A stretch of DNA of 64,000 nucleotides from an uncultured Armatimonadetes bacterium (GCA_963716175.1 OY970296.1:4320001-4384000), one strand, 5' to 3'. Shown: positions 9,530 through 18,696, numbered from the stretch's first letter. Notes: generated by a model from the letters alone, not told the origin. A program made the numbers and translations.

Positions 9530-12129
9530 GGGTCCTTCGCCGAGCCGCGCCAGTGCTGAAGCATGCCCATGGTCGTGGGGGCGAAATGCAGGTACTGAGC
9601 CAAGCTCTTGCCCCAGGATGGCAGGTCCGAGTCAAGCGTGGCGGCGAGTGCTCTCTCGGCAACATCGAAGAACCTGCGCTCGCCCGTGAGTTCGCCGGCA
9701 TACGGCAGTGACTCGCAGATCAGGTTGTTCAGAGCAACGTACCTCTGATAGACGGGCTCGCCGGTTACGGAAGCCGAATAGGGCCAGGCCTTCGCCTTCT
9801 CATCCCATGACAGCAGCACCCACCGAGCGCCAGCGATGAGCGATCGCGCGACGGCCGGGTCCCCAGTCTCCTCGTGGAAGTCCTTCAGGCCGGACAGCAA
9901 GATGCCGATCAGGAAGAGATTGTTCCCGATCACCCCCTGGTGATCTTGGTCGGCGTGGTCCGAGGGCAGCACGTGCGGCCAGGCGCCGCCTTCGTCGAAC
10001 CGCTGGGTGCGGAGCGCCACCGAGACGATGCGCCGCGCGGCCTCGAGGTAGACAGGATCATAGGTGCCGCGGTAGATGGCAATCACCGCGGCGATGGCCC
10101 AGCCCGCGTCGCGCTCGTGGGTGCCCATCTCGGTGAAGGTCTGTGACATGGACCAGACGATATGCTCGCCCAGGCCGAGACAGGCCTCCATCACCCAGGC
10201 GTCGCCGGTGAGGTACCACGCCTCCATCATTCCGTCCGCCCAGACGTGACCGCTTCGCGCGGTGTACTGCCACACGTCGTATTGCTTTGACCAGGTGCCG
10301 ATGTCCTCCTCCCAGGAGCCGGTGTGACCGACGGCATGGGAGAGCTCCGCTCCCAGGTACTGGGGATCGGGATAGGCGTGCACGGTGTCAACATCAGCCT
10401 GGTGGCGGGCCGCCGCCGGGGCCAGCCGGAGGTAGTCGCGCCGGCCGGTGCGCGCGAACTGCAGGAAGAGGCAATGCGCGAGGTCGTACTCGTTATTGCC
10501 CCAGTTGATCTCGCGTTCACCGTACCAGTCGCCGTAGTTGAAGTACCCGTACTCCCGGGTCTGGGCCTTCCGCTGCATGTGGCCCTGGAAGGCCTTCGCC
10601 ACGGCCTCGTCCCAGCGCGCGAAGCGCCCTTCCCCGGGCACGGCCATCATCCCAAGCGCCGCGGTGCTGGCGTACCACTCAGCGGGCAACACCGCTGCCA
10701 CAGGCAGGTCCGCATCCGCAGCCAGCTCTGCCGCGGGAGCTGTACCTGCGAAATCGAACGTGACTCGCTGCGTGAATGCCATGCCCCACTTAAACCGGTA
10801 CTTGCCTCCGACGAATGGGTAGTTGAGCGAATCAGGGAGGTCGCTGCCATATCCGGCACCAGGTTGCGCCGGCAGCAGCTCTACTGAGATCTCTTGTCGG
10901 TTAGCCCGGAACGCCTTCGGCCAGCGCTGCCAGAACTCGTGGGCAGCCACACCCAGCGCGCCCCCATCGCTCTCCAGCCTCAGCACGCCCGAGTACTGGC
11001 GGCCGTCAGCCGAGCCCTGCTGATCGCGCAGCGCGAAGGAGCGCTCGTCCCATTGCGACACGGAGAACTCGCCCTGATCAGCAATGTCGCCGGTTCGCTC
11101 GATCTGGGCGGTCGAGGACGAGAACCGGCCGGCGTGGTCGCCCGCGTCCCAGTAGGCATGCGCCCGCAGGATCGCGCCGCCGAGCCGCATCGGAAGCGAG
11201 AGCGACGTGATATCAGTGAACTCAGCCTTCAGATAGGTGTTGATGTGAGTGTGCTCGACGGTAACCTGGGAGGACCCCTCCTGGAAGATGAGCCGCGTGA
11301 CGTAGGACATGTAGGTGCTGCCGGCCCCGTCGGCGTAGTCACCCGCCGCTCGCACGACCACCTTCCGCGGTCCTGTCTGCTCGACTGTCATGCTTCCTGG
11401 CGGCGTCGCCGACAGCGTGAACAGCCGCCCGCTCTCATCCACAAGGCGGAGGCCCTCAGGCGCGGATGCGCCCAGCAGCCGACCTCCCGCCTCCACCCGG
11501 AAGAAGAGGTTGAACCTCCGCTTGTCCATGCTGACCCGAATCGCTCCCGTGTCCACCAGAATGGCATCCTTGCCATCCTCGATGCGCAGGCGTGAAGACT
11601 GCGGCCCCCGGGTGACATCGGACCCGAACTCGATGGTATAGGTGGCCGCTTCCCGCGCCGCCAGCGGCGCGGTGAAGTCCACCAGCACCCACTTCAAGCT
11701 GTTGTCGGGCCAGAACGCGGTGGCAGTGAACTGCGCGGGGACTTCCTTCCCATCCGGAGACAGCAGTCGGATATGCTCGAGAGCGAAGAGGCCGCCCTTT
11801 GGAAGCGGGAGCCCGAAAGTTACGGGAGTGCTGGCTCTCGCACATCCGGCCTCCTCCAGCAGCTGCACCGGCAGGGACTGTCGGCTAATGGAGCCCTTCC
11901 TCCCTGGTTCCCGGGAAGCAGAGAAGGGCACGGCCGGCCGTGGCCTGCCGAAGGCGATCGGATGCTCCGCCGCACACTGCTCATAGGTGAGTCCCTTATC
12001 CCGAAGCGATGACACGCGACCACTCCCTCCTGCTGCGGTAGGCGCTGACTCTGCGAGACAGGCGCGGTCGCAGAGGAGGCAGGCTACCACCAGCAGTCCG
12101 CAGAGGATGATGAGGTTTGGCACTCGCAC
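9526..12129 (-). CDS. Secreted YetA/PcRGLX-like (exo-rhamnogalacturonan lyase-like) alpha/alpha-barrel protein
   Basis: Signal peptide; PVTFGLPLPKG...WPDNSLKW N-terminal motif; YGYFNYGDW, WGNNEYD and HQADVD helical-barrel motifs. Confidence 0.6.
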   Translation of the reverse strand: MRVPNLIILCGLLVVACLLCDRACLAESAPTAAGGSGRVSSLRDKGLTYEQCAAEHPIAFGRPRPAVPFSASREPGRKGSISRQSLPVQLLEEAGCARASTPVTFGLPLPKGGLFALEHIRLLSPDGKEVPAQFTATAFWPDNSLKWVLVDFTAPLAAREAATYTIEFGSDVTRGPQSSRLRIEDGKDAILVDTGAIRVSMDKRRFNLFFRVEAGGRLLGASAPEGLRLVDESGRLFTLSATPPGSMTVEQTGPRKVVVRAAGDYADGAGSTYMSYVTRLIFQEGSSQVTVEHTHINTYLKAEFTDITSLSLPMRLGGAILRAHAYWDAGDHAGRFSSSTAQIERTGDIADQGEFSVSQWDERSFALRDQQGSADGRQYSGVLRLESDGGALGVAAHEFWQRWPKAFRANRQEISVELLPAQPGAGYGSDLPDSLNYPFVGGKYRFKWGMAFTQRVTFDFAGTAPAAELAADADLPVAAVLPAEWYASTAALGMMAVPGEGRFARWDEAVAKAFQGHMQRKAQTREYGYFNYGDWYGEREINWGNNEYDLAHCLFLQFARTGRRDYLRLAPAAARHQADVDTVHAYPDPQYLGAELSHAVGHTGSWEEDIGTWSKQYDVWQYTARSGHVWADGMMEAWYLTGDAWVMEACLGLGEHIVWSMSQTFTEMGTHERDAGWAIAAVIAIYRGTYDPVYLEAARRIVSVALRTQRFDEGGAWPHVLPSDHADQDHQGVIGNNLFLIGILLSGLKDFHEETGDPAVARSLIAGARWVLLSWDEKAKAWPYSASVTGEPVYQRYVALNNLICESLPYAGELTGERRFFDVAERALAATLDSDLPSWGKSLAQYLHFAPTTMGMLQHWRGSAKDP

Positions 12130-12438
12130 TAGACCTGCTCCATGCCATCCCGCGTCCGCGAGCTAACGGGGCAGAGGATTCGCCACCGGTGACTGTGCTG
12201 CCTGCGGGGGTGGAGGGTTGGGCAGAGGCAAATCGCTGGTCGCGCAACCTGCCCGGGGCGGCCGCCGACGCCCTTCCCCTGCGGAAAGCGAGCCGAATGT
12301 GGAACATATCCGGCAGCAGGGGCCCTGCCTGACGGTGGTTCTCGCTGGGCTTCCCACACTGAGGTTCCGGGCAACTGAGGAGCTGGCCCCTGATCGCGCC
12401 AGGACCGAAGCATGCTCCTCATAGGAGAGGGGGCAGCG

Positions 12439-12870
12439 ATGCGCTGGGGACGCCTGAGCCTCGGCTTCCTGTTTGGCGTCACGGCCGGCCTGACCGTCGG
12501 CCGCGGCTGGTCGCGCGGGGAGGCCAGCCTATGGACGGTGGGCGTTGTCGCCCTGTTGCTCGGGGTGATATGCACGCTGTCGGCTGTGCGCCGCTCCCAG
12601 TCCCTCGCCTCCGAGCCCGCTGGATCACCCGGGTGGAACCGCGAGGCAGCGCCACCCCTGGGTCAGATGCTGGTGAGCTACGGCCTGATCTCCGAGGCCG
12701 ACCTGGAAAGAGCGCTGGCGCGACAGAAGAGGAACGGCAAGCGCCTGGGCCGAGTCCTGGTGGAGATGGGGCTCGTCACACACGCCCAGGTTGCCGAAGT
12801 GCTGGAGGAGCAGCTCTCCAGGCGGGAAGGCCGCTTGCTCTGGGGCGCCGGGAACAGGCTGCTGGGCTAG
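12439..12870 (+). CDS. Small membrane protein with a C-terminal MshEN c-di-GMP-binding domain
   Basis: Two N-terminal hydrophobic helices, then PLGQMLVSYGLISEADLERALARQ-KRNGK-RLGRVLVEMGLVTHAQVAEVLEEQ (two 24-aa MshEN motifs, 5-aa spacer). Confidence 0.8.
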   Translation: MRWGRLSLGFLFGVTAGLTVGRGWSRGEASLWTVGVVALLLGVICTLSAVRRSQSLASEPAGSPGWNREAAPPLGQMLVSYGLISEADLERALARQKRNGKRLGRVLVEMGLVTHAQVAEVLEEQLSRREGRLLWGAGNRLLG

Positions 12871-13081
12871 CCACATCACCCCAGCCCCCACGCGGGCCTT
12901 CGCTCAACGCGCAGACCCAATCGTCTTATCCAGGTCCTTCTCCACATCGGCTGAATCGCGGCCGGGCTTCGATCAGGCTGAGTGGCGCGCACACGTTGTG
13001 TATGCAGCAACACGCGCGTCGGCGTCGCATGGAAGCGGCGTCCTGCCTGTCTCAGGGAAGCAGAAGCGGGGCCAGAGAGAG

Positions 13082-13109
13082 GGCGGGGCCCGCCTCAGCG
13101 GGCCCCGCC
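13082..13109. terminator. Hairpin between the convergent MshEN gene and prepilin gene 2
   Basis: ggcggggcccgc-ctca-gcgggccccgcc 12-bp stem; pyrimidine tail on the minus strand. Confidence 0.55.
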
Positions 13110-13161
13110 TCACAGGTTCCAGTCGTGCTGCTCTGCAGACAGACGCTAGCCGCCTGAGCCG

Positions 13162-14178
13162 CTATCCGCAGAAGTCGATGATGCAGCCCATGCCCTGGTA
13201 GTGACCAATGCTCTGGTTCTCGATAGTCGGGCTGTCAGCGATGATGCTGCCGCAGGCCGCCCATGCAGCATGCCCGTCCGCGAACCCGATGTTACTGCCT
13301 CCCAGGTGGCGGGTATAGGGCTTCCAGAGCTGGGGGTCCTTGAAGAAGTTCGCCTTCTGCGTCCAGTCAACGCCGCAGCTCTGGCTGTCCGAGCAGTTCA
13401 CCCAGTCCGCGGAGCAGCAGCCAGCCGACGGCGGATACGGACCGCAGCCTGTCCGACAGGCGTCTGGCATCGCCACCAGACTGGCCATCCAGATCTCGCC
13501 CGAACCGTCGGCGCAGACGACGAACCACGAGGGGTCACTTATGGCGGCGGTCTTCAACTCGGCATTGGTCGTGGTCCCGATGCCTTGCTCGAAGGCGCCG
13601 GTGTCCTGGCTGCCCTCTCGCATCTGCGCGATCGAGTCGGTGACGCTCCCGCCCCATCCCGGGGGCCACGCCACACAGCAGGGCCCGCCGCCGCCGCTGG
13701 CATCGCAGTTGGCGTTGACGTGGCCCCATTGCCCCTCGGTGCTCTTGAGATAGCCCAGATAGCCGCCCGCACCGTAGCTGGGGACAATCCATCCGGCATA
13801 CCCCGCGCGCTTGGCACTCGGGCAGCGCCACACGTCTTGGTTCTTCACGTATTCGTCCAGGACCACAGGCCAGCGCAGATAGGGATTGGCATGCTGCTTG
13901 TGGTTGCAGTCCGGGTGATCCCCGCCGCCACCCTCGCCGGGCTCGGTGCTGAAATAGTCCTCCGCCGCCTGCCCGTGCTCCCTGGGCGGGAATCGGTCGT
14001 AGTCGGTCAGGTACATCTGGAAGGCGATGGCGATGTTCTTCACGTTCGACAGGCACTGGATCTTCCGTGCCGACTCTCGAGCGCGTGCGAACACCGGGAA
14101 CAGCATTGCGGCCAGAATGGCGATGATCGCGATCACCACCAACAACTCGATCAGAGTAAAGCCTTTGCGCAATCTCAT
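13162..14178 (-). CDS. Prepilin-type/DUF1559-like/H-X9-DG protein (copy 2)
   Basis: MRLRKG^[13 protein letters not shown]; [14 protein letters not shown]; Cys-rich variable core. Confidence 0.9.
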   Translation of the reverse strand: MRLRKGFTLIELLVVIAIIAILAAMLFPVFARARESARKIQCLSNVKNIAIAFQMYLTDYDRFPPREHGQAAEDYFSTEPGEGGGGDHPDCNHKQHANPYLRWPVVLDEYVKNQDVWRCPSAKRAGYAGWIVPSYGAGGYLGYLKSTEGQWGHVNANCDASGGGGPCCVAWPPGWGGSVTDSIAQMREGSQDTGAFEQGIGTTTNAELKTAAISDPSWFVVCADGSGEIWMASLVAMPDACRTGCGPYPPSAGCCSADWVNCSDSQSCGVDWTQKANFFKDPQLWKPYTRHLGGSNIGFADGHAAWAACGSIIADSPTIENQSIGHYQGMGCIIDFCG

Positions 14179-14315
14179 TCCTGTTGGACCTCCTCGGGAA
14201 CAATACACGTGACGACACTGCCATCCGGCTCCAGTTGCGGCCGACCATCACCTCCCTTCCTGATGCGTGCGAGCGAAGCGATCGCTGTCCTGCCCCCCTC
14301 ACCTCGGCACCATCA

Positions 14316-14379
14316 ATGCTAGCACACCCTTGTGAGAAGCGGTTGTACAAACCTACTGACTTCCTGTAGAATCCTACTG
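14316..14379 (-). promoter_or_regulatory. Putative activator-dependent promoter: extended -10 (TGcTAGCAT) and 21-bp-spaced direct repeats
   Basis: Plus strand tgtacaaacctactg (14344) and tgtagaatcctactg (14365) are 13/15 identical with a 21-bp period; the same architecture occurs at 43440-43493. Confidence 0.55.
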
Positions 14380-14542
14380 GCCGATTGCATGGCGGCGATA
14401 TGCGGAGCAGGACAGTCTGCTCGCGTCAGCCCGCCGTGAGACTGGCTCTTGACCACCTGGGACCGGCGACCGCTGACCGCGAGGAGCGCCGCCGGGCAAC
14501 TCCGCCGAGCGCACAGTATCCATTTGCCTTCTGCTCGCCGAG

Positions 14543-15146
14543 CTACTTGCCGCCCAATCCCCAGTTGGCGCCCACGCCGGTCACGAAGTCCCAGCCTGGC
14601 TGACAGCGGAATCGCCCCGCCGATCCGGCGGTGATGTCCCGGAAGTCATAGGGTGAGTCGGGATCGGGAGAGGGCGAGCTGTTGGCAAGGTTGGCATAGA
14701 TCGCATGGTAGAGTTCATCGGACGTGCCAGTGGCGAAGCTGCCACGAGACGAAGCTCCCGGAGCTGCTCACATTCAGCGTGGTCCCACCCGCAGAAACGC
14801 AGTTGGGCGATACCCCGGGCCAGATGATCTTCCCACCAGTATCGCCGCTGGCGGCGAAGTAGACGACGTCAGGGGCGGTGAAGTGGCTGTAGGGGGGAAG
14901 GCCATAGGCGGCCCGGATCACCGCGGGGGTGAGCCCGGCTGGCTGGTAACTTCGCTTTTCGGGCAGCCGCAGGATCAGATGATTGGTGTGGGCCCGCCGT
15001 CCGATGTCCCCCGGACGCTCCCGGCTGGAGTCAGGGACAATCACCACCTCGTCCTGACGATCCGGGCCCTGCGCAAGGAGCGGCCCGGCCACTGCCACCG
15101 CCGCCAGCGCGCACAGCAAGGTGCAGAGCCAGCACCATGGTCTCAT
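14543..15146 (-). pseudogene. Internally deleted and frameshifted S53 (sedolisin/kumamolisin-like) peptidase remnant
   Basis: Signal peptide and VPDSS..PGDIG.RAHTNH..TPAVIRAAYGLP are joined directly to YFAASGDTGG..PGVSPNCVSAGGTTL; another frame gives DFRDITAGSAG..PGWDFVTGVG..GLGGK*; the ExxLD and GGTS catalytic segments are absent. Confidence 0.7.
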
Positions 15147-15217
15147 CGAGAAGCCCTCTCCTTTCCCTCAGCATCCGGCTGAGAGCGTCCTCGCCTCGGC
15201 ACGCGCGCCGCCCGGCC

Positions 15218-16312
15218 TTAGACCTTCGTCTGGTTCCCCAGGAATCCCTCTGACCAGAAGACCGGCTGGTAGCCTCGCCGCGTTACCCACTCCAGGGACT
15301 TGACGACTTTCTGCTGGACATCCGGCTGGAAGTGCACCAGCTCCTTGCGGAAATACTGCTCGTGGATGAGCAGCTCCATCAGCTCTCCGGTGTGGGGATC
15401 AGAGGCCTGCTGGTCGAGGTGGGCATCCACTTCCCCGACCTGCAGATTGTTCACGATGGCGTCAATGCTGACAAGCTTGAGGTTGAGATCCTGCTCATAC
15501 CAGGCGTCGCGGGTGTGCACGTGGTCGCTGATGTACCAGGCTGGATGGCCAGCCCCGATCAGAGTGCGAATGCCGCGGTCAGCCAAGGCGCGGCAGCTTT
15601 CCTTCGGGATCGCGCCCCAGTGCAGTGTGGTCTCTTCGCTGGTGACGGCCTCGCCTGCGAAACGCTTGATCTCCGCCATCACCAGCTCGAAGTCGCGGGC
15701 AATCTGCTCGTAAGCTGCGTCCCGGTAGATGCGATCTGGTTTGTTCTGGAGTGCGTGGAAGCTCAGATGCAACCAGTCCGAGTTCGCCTCCCACTGGCGG
15801 CGCCACTTATCGGGCATCCGCGCGATGGTGAAATCCCTGGCGACCGTCTGGTAGTAGATGTTGATGTGGACCTTGGCCCCGAACTGCTCGTGCATCCGCC
15901 GCCAGAACGCCAGATACCAGTGATCGAAGAGAGAGTCATACTGTTGAGGCGCCGTGCCCAGGTCTTTCAGAAACTCGATGTTATCATCAACTGAGAAGCG
16001 ATAGCGCGGCTGTGAGCCCTTGTCCCATAGGAGCGTGATGGAGTCCCGCCATTCCCCTGCCGCTGCCTTCGCCAGGGCCGCGATCTCGTTCTGGCGCTGG
16101 CGAAGAGTAACCCGGCACCGGAACTCGCATCCATCGGTCTCTGCCGGAGTTCCGTTGACTGTCACCTTGGCTCCAGGCGCCACCTGCCCGGTGACCTCAA
16201 TGGAGAGCCCCTCCGGAGTCTCGGCGCCGTCATGCCGGTTGAGAATGTCGCCATCCCAAGGGGTCACAATCTTCAGGTCTGCTGGGTGTGGACGGCCAAT
16301 CGTCGTGCTCAT
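15218..16312 (-). CDS. Hypothetical protein: N-terminal Ig-like domain and polysaccharide-deacetylase-like (NodB-type) domain
   Basis: TGQVAPGAKVTVNG Ig-like strand pattern; FSVDDN and LSFHA motifs; LLIHEQY; AAGGAG RBS before ATG 16312. Confidence 0.5.
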   Translation of the reverse strand: MSTTIGRPHPADLKIVTPWDGDILNRHDGAETPEGLSIEVTGQVAPGAKVTVNGTPAETDGCEFRCRVTLRQRQNEIAALAKAAAGEWRDSITLLWDKGSQPRYRFSVDDNIEFLKDLGTAPQQYDSLFDHWYLAFWRRMHEQFGAKVHINIYYQTVARDFTIARMPDKWRRQWEANSDWLHLSFHALQNKPDRIYRDAAYEQIARDFELVMAEIKRFAGEAVTSEETTLHWGAIPKESCRALADRGIRTLIGAGHPAWYISDHVHTRDAWYEQDLNLKLVSIDAIVNNLQVGEVDAHLDQQASDPHTGELMELLIHEQYFRKELVHFQPDVQQKVVKSLEWVTRRGYQPVFWSEGFLGNQTKV

Positions 16313-16520
16313 CTCATCACTCTCCTTCGCGCGCAACGCATTGGGCTGGATGCCGCAGTCGGTCTCACTCACTCAGCCCGAGCCGGCGCGGTCTGGAAGC
16401 CGCGCCTTCTGGGAGTCGGGGCCGAGTTACTCGCCCTCCTTCGCCGCGCACCCATGGCAATCATCCTGCCTGGGGACGTGGAAACACTTGCCCTCGGCTG
16501 ACAGCGCGCGCCGGGCACCT

Positions 16521-16550
16521 GTGGACGCTTCCATGTCCACTGGGTACAAT
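16521..16550 (+). promoter_or_regulatory. Putative sigma70 promoter TGGACG-N17-TACAAT with overlapping palindrome GTGGAC-N8-GTCCAC
   Basis: -35 at 16522-16527, -10 at 16545-16550; inverted repeat 16521-16540. Confidence 0.5.
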
Positions 16551-16627
16551 GGCAGCCGCATAGTGCTTGGCATCGGGAAGCGTGGGGGTGCCTTGCTCGG
16601 GAAGGTGATGTCACGGGAGGCGGGCGA

Positions 16628-17233
16628 GTGGCAAGGAAGCTGATCTATGTCCCCATCATACACGGCGAGTCCGACTTGGGCAGTTTCGCCGAGCGGCTGA
16701 CAGCGATGGCACAGGAGCAGCTGAGCGCGGAGACCTGGAGGAGGCACCGACAGCAGGCAGAGAAGTTCTGGCGTAATCTGAGGGCGAAGGTGATGGAGCG
16801 AGTGACTCATGAGTTGGCGGGAACGAGCTGGGGCAAGCTGAGAGTCTACCAGGATGGAATGCCGGCGGGAGGGGAGACGGCCGGGCGCATTGTGGAGGAG
16901 CTAGCGGAAAAGGGAAGCCTCAACTACCAGCTAGTGAGGGATCTGGTGGCACGGGGCGCGCAGCTGGAGCACACCGAGCAGGCATCCTTGCTCAGACAAG
17001 AGTACCGCATGATCCGGCAGATCATCACCGCTTCGGAGCCGGCCGCGAGAGACCGCGCGCGCCAGGAGTATTCCCGCGTCAGCGAGGGTCTGCTTGAGCA
17101 GCGCGATCGGTTCATTGCCGGCCAGATCAACCACACCCTGAGGGAAGGAGAAGTGGGAGTGCTGTTCATCGGCGCGCTGCACCAAGTGAAGGACTACCTG
17201 CCGGGAGAGATCGAGATCATCCCGGTGCCCTGA
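16628..17233 (+). CDS. Hypothetical protein upstream of the gvp operon (possibly TraB/Tiki-fold)
   Basis: 201 aa; YVPIIH, RVYQDG and RDRFIAxxIxxxL..GVLFIGALH motifs; GGGAGG RBS. Confidence 0.6.
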   Translation: MARKLIYVPIIHGESDLGSFAERLTAMAQEQLSAETWRRHRQQAEKFWRNLRAKVMERVTHELAGTSWGKLRVYQDGMPAGGETAGRIVEELAEKGSLNYQLVRDLVARGAQLEHTEQASLLRQEYRMIRQIITASEPAARDRARQEYSRVSEGLLEQRDRFIAGQINHTLREGEVGVLFIGALHQVKDYLPGEIEIIPVP

Positions 17234-17287
17234 GGCGATGATGTTGCGCCTGGGTGACAAGTCGCCGCAACTTACGCCGATCTGCTA

Positions 17288-17316
17288 TTGACAGCGTGCT
17301 TGGGGCGGCGTAGTCT
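17288..17316 (+). promoter_or_regulatory. sigma70-type promoter of the gvp operon
   Basis: TTGACA (17288-17293), 17-nt spacer, TAGTCT (17311-17316). Confidence 0.7.
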
Positions 17317-17372
17317 AGCCGTCGTCGAGCAACCTGGGCCGTGCTTGGCACGGTCACTTATGGCTAGGACAG

Positions 17373-17418
17373 CCGTTCAGAGCCTGGATGCATCCAGGTC
17401 CCGAACGGTGGTTTTTTT
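17373..17418 (+). terminator. Terminator-like hairpin and U-tract inside the gvpA 5' leader
   Basis: ccgttc..cctggatgcatccagg..gaacgg followed by a run of 7 T, between the promoter and the gvpA start. Confidence 0.6.
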
Positions 17419-17494
17419 GGCCTGCCCAACGGAATCATCGCGCGCTGCGCGCGAGTCGTGGTGAGATGCCGCAGAGGAAAGGTGGTGATAAGGC

Positions 17495-17710
17495 ATGGCT
17501 GTAGAGAAGACGATCGCTTCCTCTAGCCTGGTAGAGGTGGTGGATCGCATCCTGGACAAGGGCGTGGTGATCGATGTCTGGGCCAGAGTCTCGCTGGTGG
17601 GCATTGAGCTGCTGGCGATCGAGGCCAGAGTAGTCATTGCCTCCGTCGAGACCTACTTGAAGTACGCCGAGGCCATCGGGCTGACCGCCACCGCCGCGGC
17701 GCCCGCCTAA
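17495..17710 (+). CDS. gvpA: Gas vesicle structural protein GvpA
   Basis: [63 protein letters not shown] is canonical GvpA. Confidence 0.98.
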   Translation: MAVEKTIASSSLVEVVDRILDKGVVIDVWARVSLVGIELLAIEARVVIASVETYLKYAEAIGLTATAAAPA

Positions 17711-17768
17711 CGGGGCGGTCGCCGCTTCCACTCGAGGGGACGATGGGGTTACCGGGGACTGGGGTTAT

Positions 17769-17797
17769 GCTGTCGAGACGCTAGCCGTCTCGACAGC
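17769..17797. terminator. Stem-loop downstream of gvpA (mRNA stabiliser or partial terminator)
   Basis: gctgtcgagacg-ctagc-cgtctcgacagc, a 12-bp perfect stem with no U-tract. Confidence 0.5.
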
Positions 17798-17879
17798 GCC
17801 CCCCCCGCCTAGCCGAGACTCACGGACGCTGCCCTGGCCACAGGGCAGCGCAGGGAAAGGGAGGAGAAGAGGGATCACT

Positions 17880-18203
17880 ATGACCAGTTTCGCAGAGAGC
17901 ATGCGCGGTTTGACCGCGGACATCGTGAGCAGCCGCGAGGAACGGCAGACCTGGCTCGGCACACTCAGAGCGGAGGTCAGCTCTATGCGCCGGGAGACGG
18001 CGTCGGCCCTCCGCCGGGACATGCGCGCCGCGGCTCGCGACCGGAGGGCTTTTGTGACCTCGCTCCGAGACGAAGTCGGGGAGATGCGCCAGGAGCTGAG
18101 CAGCGATCTGCAAGAGGCCCGTCAGGCCTGGCAGGAGACAACCGGGGCCAGGGCTGGGTCGCGGCCCGCCCGCTTGGGAAGGCGCACCAAGCGATCCAGG
18201 TGA
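17880..18203 (+). CDS. gvpC: GvpC-like helical repeat protein
   Basis: Directly after gvpA; repeated helical unit (ERQTWLGTLRAEVSSMRRE / DRRAFVTSLRDEVGEMRQE); basic tail. Confidence 0.55.
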   Translation: MTSFAESMRGLTADIVSSREERQTWLGTLRAEVSSMRRETASALRRDMRAAARDRRAFVTSLRDEVGEMRQELSSDLQEARQAWQETTGARAGSRPARLGRRTKRSR

Positions 18204-18264
18204 GGTGGGGGGCGCTCCGGCAGACCGGGGCGCCCACCCTGGAGGTGAAGCTGGAGGGGCAGCG

Positions 18265-18696
18265 ATGAGCGAAGGCAACACCAGCACGAGAACAGAGGTG
18301 AGAGCGCAGAAGCTGATGACCTTACCATGCGCTTTCTGCCGGGGCAAAGGCAAGGACCCGTTCGATCTTCTCTCCGAGAAGTCGATCTGTGAGGTATGCG
18401 GAGGCCGAGGCGAGGTGACGGTGGCGGAGCCGATATTCGCCTGCGCCTTCTGCGGGGGCACCGGGATATTCCCGGGAAGCCGCTTGACCTGTACCACCTG
18501 CATGGGTAAGGGACTGGTCACCATCGAAGAGCCGGCGGAGGCCTGCGCGACCTGTCTTGGGGCAGGAGTCGTGGCGGGTCACACTCTGCCTTGTTCAGCC
18601 TGTGGGGGAAGAGGTCGCGTGACGGTAGCAAGCGAGCCAAGTCTGCGGCCACCAGCAAATCGCAGACAATCTACGGTGGGGCAACGCAAGAGATGA
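18265..18696 (+). CDS. DnaJ-type zinc-finger-only protein (six CxxCxGxG motifs)
   Basis: CAFCRGKG, CEVCGGRG, CAFCGGTG, CTTCMGKG, CATCLGAG, CSACGGRG; no HPD J-domain. Confidence 0.8.
   Translation: MSEGNTSTRTEVRAQKLMTLPCAFCRGKGKDPFDLLSEKSICEVCGGRGEVTVAEPIFACAFCGGTGIFPGSRLTCTTCMGKGLVTIEEPAEACATCLGAGVVAGHTLPCSACGGRGRVTVASEPSLRPPANRRQSTVGQRKR

Noticed and set aside
12220-12340. Possible c-di-GMP-I riboswitch upstream of the MshEN gene (ggcaaa, gaaa)
   Set aside because: Could not build the P2/P3 stems or the GCAAAGC junction of the GEMM motif
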